A stretch of DNA of 63,569 bases, counting the filler, from Globobulimina sp. (Eukaryota): the NCBI GenBank assembly GCA_003354225.1. It is 55 parts of 55 records of this genome, joined end to end, with 100 filler letters (N's around TTAATTAATTAA, not from the genome) between each part and the next. Parts side by side here need not be neighbours in the genome. Positions count along the whole stretch, not along the records: positions 62,513 to 63,569 come from PIVH01024653.1; 54 more parts are not named here. One strand, written 5' to 3'. A program made the position numbers and the translations under genes. The notes under the pieces are model-generated. The model worked only from the letters and a program-made list of their open reading frames with translations. It was not told where the DNA came from and did no database searches. How positions within the stretch are numbered: the stretch's first letter is position 1; every line of letters starts with the position of its first letter. This document shows positions 62,413 to 63,569 of this stretch, one piece after another.

Positions 62413-63569
62413 NNNNNNNNNNNNNNNNNNNNNNNNNNNNNNNNNNNNNNNNNNNNTTAATTAATTAANNNNNNNNNNNNNNNNNNNNNNNNNNNNNNNN
62501 NNNNNNNNNNNNGTATTGGACCTTCATCATCCTGCTCAGTACTATGATATTAAGGAAGTGGTGGATCATGCAAATAAAATTGTAAATGACTTGGAAATGA
62601 AATATGGGACAGTCAATGAAGTGTGCCATGACTGATGAGTCGTGTATAGACTATAGATAGATTATAGGAAACGTCAATGTACTCAATATTAATACTGCTA
62701 GCCCTTGTTTGAGTTTTATGCATAATGCCGAAAACCAAATAGTAATTATTTTCACTTGAGCTCAAACTTACTAATGCAGGAAAACCAAAAAAAAAACAGA
62801 AACAGCTCACACGGTTTATTAACATACTTTTCTTCAACAGAAATTAGAGCATTAAGTGACAATGGTATTGGTATCAAGCAATTTACAGAATTCAAAGCGT
62901 TAAATGATTGTATAATAGAATCAATCGCTGGAATTACTGATTCAGTCGCAACACAGATGTATAAAGTATTTTGTTGGTATTTATATCAAAGTATATTAAT
63001 TCAATCTTATTTCCAATGTGCAGAACATATTTATTGGATATTTTATTTTTTCAATATGAATATATCCGGCCCGATCATTTGGGGCAAAACGCATAGAAAT
63101 TCATTGTCGTATTGTTATGTCAATGGGAGAAAGCAAAATATATTTCATACATTAAGTGTAGTACTTATGCAATACATTTCGATTTTTATTGGATTATGTT
63201 TAAGTATATGGTTTATTGATTATTTTTATTCTCAGCCCGATGCACAAACCATTATATATTCATTGGTGGGTAAACCAGATGGCAGCGGTTATAATACAGA
63301 TTTAAAAACAATTTGTATATATGTTATGCAAACAGTATTATTTCAGATTGGTGATCGGTTAATCAATAGAATTGAAAAATTATTTTTTAATGAAAGCAAT
63401 TGGTTACAATCAAGTTACAGATGTTTAACATTTCATTATCTTATTACAAATAAATATATGCATGTAATTTTAAATCCAAATTTTGCTTTTTATTCATGTT
63501 TATTTTATTGGAGATCGAATATCTATGATTTTATTATATTAATTTTGCCATACATTGTATTATTTATTT

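Overview
This window is not one locus. It is an artificial concatenation of 55 unrelated short contigs (1059-1057 bp, sorted by decreasing length), each joined by a 100-bp linker (44 N + TTAATTAATTAA + 44 N, stops in all six frames), so nothing can be inferred across linkers. Most contigs are AT-rich eukaryotic genomic DNA with 52-80 bp GT-AG introns. Their gene content (TRAF/RING-like, RGS, 7TM, G-alpha, Sfi1-like, Cys-rich secreted proteins, many pseudogenes) resembles foraminifera/Rhizaria; this is an inference. A few contigs look metazoan (Gypsy LTR with PBS, tandem three-finger-like protein), bacterial (3478-4536) or phage-derived (amidase lysis cassette, 6955-8013). Recognisable genes include a Na+/K+-ATPase alpha C-terminus, LANCL, DJ-1/PfpI, thioredoxin, RFC3, PA28, ABCC, RIOX/NO66, NCBP2, CTF18, cathepsin L, ADA-like, GNPTAB, SNU13-like, DDX41, bleomycin hydrolase and G-alpha. 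Mobile elements include Penelope (with hammerhead ribozyme), DIRS/Ngaro, MULE, Gypsy and MITEs. The most notable observations are: (1) a 939-bp circular or tandem unit that is about 98% one open frame; (2) a Na+/K+-ATPase with a ~175-aa Cys-rich insertion in the loop that binds the beta subunit in animals; (3) about half of the recognisable introns using GTT donors; (4) a DIRS/Ngaro element interrupted by AT-rich intron-like segments; (5) an ADA that has lost catalytic residues; (6) a MITE found in two contigs, one copy next to a CCA-ending degenerate tRNA. All protein identifications are from motif recognition by eye; no searches were run.
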